A stretch of DNA of 64,000 bases, taken from NCBI GenBank assembly GCA_050950765.1, contig JBMNIF010000003.1:352001-416000 (forward strand). The letters are read 5' to 3'. The first letter of the stretch is position 1, and every line of letters begins with the position of its first letter. Below are positions 62,195 to 64,000 of this stretch, in pieces. The translations under genes and the position numbers were made by a program. The notes under the pieces were generated by a model. It did not search any database. It saw nothing but the letters and a program-made list of their open reading frames with translations, and had not been told where the DNA came from. This stretch comes from Bdellovibrionota bacterium (GTDB lineage Bacteria > Bdellovibrionota_C > UBA2361 > JAAYZI01).

Positions 62195-62725
62195 TTATTC
62201 TATCTGCCATTGCTCGTTCGAAGGAATATCAAGCGATGCCTCAGCAGTATTTGTGCGCATTATATAACGTTTTATCTTCTCTCCAGCCATATCTCTGGTG
62301 ATAAATTCTTTACCAGCGACAGCAGAAGTAAATCGCCCCGGTCCCGCCGTGAAAGAATCATAAACAGAATCCCATTTCTCCTTATTTTCTTCAGAGAGGA
62401 CACTTCCGACCCCGATACTTTCATAGCCTGAGACATTTAAAACCACATTCCCGAGTGCCAAGATGGCATAAGGAGGAAAAACAACAATTGTGCCTACTTG
62501 CAGCATACTATTTCCTAAGCCATGCCCATAGAACCAGTTACCTGCAACATCCTTCATCATTTTCTGATTTTCTTCAGGAGGCAGAGGTTTTTGCGTTAAC
62601 ATTCCAGCAAGTTGCGGTTCTGCGCTATCTGTATTTTTTTTCTTAATCACAGAACAAGAAGATAGCAAACCAACTAGGATAAGTAGGAAACAGCCGACTG
62701 TAAAAACATTTTTAGTATCAGCCAT
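62195..62725 (-). CDS. Hypothetical lipoprotein
   Basis: Start MADTKNV; hydrophobic core then LSSC lipobox. Confidence 0.65.
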   Translation of the reverse strand: MADTKNVFTVGCFLLILVGLLSSCSVIKKKNTDSAEPQLAGMLTQKPLPPEENQKMMKDVAGNWFYGHGLGNSMLQVGTIVVFPPYAILALGNVVLNVSGYESIGVGSVLSEENKEKWDSVYDSFTAGPGRFTSAVAGKEFITRDMAGEKIKRYIMRTNTAEASLDIPSNEQWQIE

Positions 62726-63055
62726 TAATTCGTACCTCTGAAAAACCGCGGGGAGTATGTTTTTACCGCACACCCCCCTCTTTCACAAAGCCTTCTCTGC
62801 TTTAATCTAAATAAGATTTAGGTGCATTAATAAACAGCAACACAATCGATGCGTTATTAAGATCACCCATCCCAAAGAAGACTCGTTAGTCAAACAGGGA
62901 AAAACTCAAAAAAAAATCTACACTAATTATCACCGAAATTACCAATTTCGGAAAGATACAAAATAATGAAGAAATTCAACTTCTTTTCTTTATTGATCAT
63001 TCAGTAAAAAGGAAGTTCTAAAAAAGAATTTTGTCCTCTATCCATCCACGAAACA

Positions 63056-64000
63056 CTACCCGACAGCTTCTATGGTTACTGAAGAATCCATATTGAGGCA
63101 CTCTGTTTTTAGTAGTGATGTTGCCTGCATCGCCCCCTGTCTCAAGGTACTAATAACTTGCTGTTGTCGCAACAGCAGCGCGCGACGATCTGCCCAAGCG
63201 GAGACGATCTGCTCCGACAAGTTCTTCTCACTTAATGTTGCAAGCTCAAGTCCTAAATGCTCACAATTTAATAACTTCATATATCCGCGCACTTTTGGCG
63301 CATAAATAAGTCCGATTATAGGGACATCCACCGCTGATGCTAAAATTAATGAATGAAAACGCATCCCCACAAACAAACGGCACTCCCGCATCGCCGCCTG
63401 AATATCGTGACTAAGAGAATTGGTATTATCTACAAGAGGTGCATCCGTTAACTCAGAAAGTCTTTTTGAAACACCTTCATCCATCGGCTGAGTGCAAAAG
63501 ATAATCGGCTGCACAACCTCTCCAGATTCTTTCTCAATAGTCTTCTTAGCAGTATTTACGCCATCAGCAATTATCTTAATCAGATCACTACCACTCGCCA
63601 TGCGCTCTTTTTTTGTCAACCACGTATCCAGATACGCCGTAACATTTACCCCAAGCAAAGCTGCACTGTCATAATTAGCGCCCACTTTCCGTAACAACTC
63701 ACACCCTCGTTCTCTAGAAGAAACAGGATTGATAAAAGCAGAATCTCCCGTCAGGCTGATCGGACGCGTCACACCGATCTCTTCAGCAAGGTGTTTACTA
63801 TCCTTTTCTCGCATCGTTACTAAATCACAGCTGTTTATAACATAGCGCGCCATCCACCTACTTAAACGCGAAGGGAATGGTCCAATTCCACAATTAAAAC
63901 AGGCAACTTTACACTTTAAAAGCTTCGCCAATGGCACTAAAAAGAATAGCGTGATTAGATAATTAAAAGCAGGATTGAGTAGTTTTTTCCCAAAAATAAT
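63056..64000 (-). CDS. Polysaccharide pyruvyl transferase family protein (5' part lies outside the window)
   Basis: GIGPF, TMREKDS, GDSAF, GMRFHSLILA, YAPKV; frame open to the window edge. Confidence 0.88.
   Translation of the reverse strand: MIFGKKLLNPAFNYLITLFFLVPLAKLLKCKVACFNCGIGPFPSRLSRWMARYVINSCDLVTMREKDSKHLAEEIGVTRPISLTGDSAFINPVSSRERGCELLRKVGANYDSAALLGVNVTAYLDTWLTKKERMASGSDLIKIIADGVNTAKKTIEKESGEVVQPIIFCTQPMDEGVSKRLSELTDAPLVDNTNSLSHDIQAAMRECRLFVGMRFHSLILASAVDVPIIGLIYAPKVRGYMKLLNCEHLGLELATLSEKNLSEQIVSAWADRRALLLRQQQVISTLRQGAMQATSLLKTECLNMDSSVTIEAVG

Overview
AT-rich bacterial chromosomal window. Housekeeping blocks are ppdK; sufBCD-coaD-rlmN; tRNA-Arg(CCT); lipA; xseAB; pcm plus a LysM/M23 gene; an IHF-alpha/HU gene; and nadK-recN. 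They are interleaved with two accessory zones. Zone 1 (7.9-24.2 kb, behind tRNA-Arg) holds a 2-hydroxyacid dehydrogenase lacking its catalytic His, an ankyrin protein, two complete Liv-type ABC cassettes, a Nudix-like orphan, and a 129-aa ORF resembling phage SAM lyases inside a densely hairpinned transcript. Zone 2 (41.3-58.1 kb) holds three IS elements (one nested), a secreted protein with a FrpC-type self-processing-module variant, a batCDE-like operon, and three loci of an unnamed modular mosaic repeat. That repeat is built on about 30 co-oriented GGTGCCACCC anchors, GGACACCC/GGGTGTCC anchors and seven perfect IHF boxes, and it shows module shuffling and capture of a gene 5' end. An orphan type IV coupling protein with a possible DotM-like partner sits in housekeeping context. 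All calls come from reading the sequence; no database searches were run.
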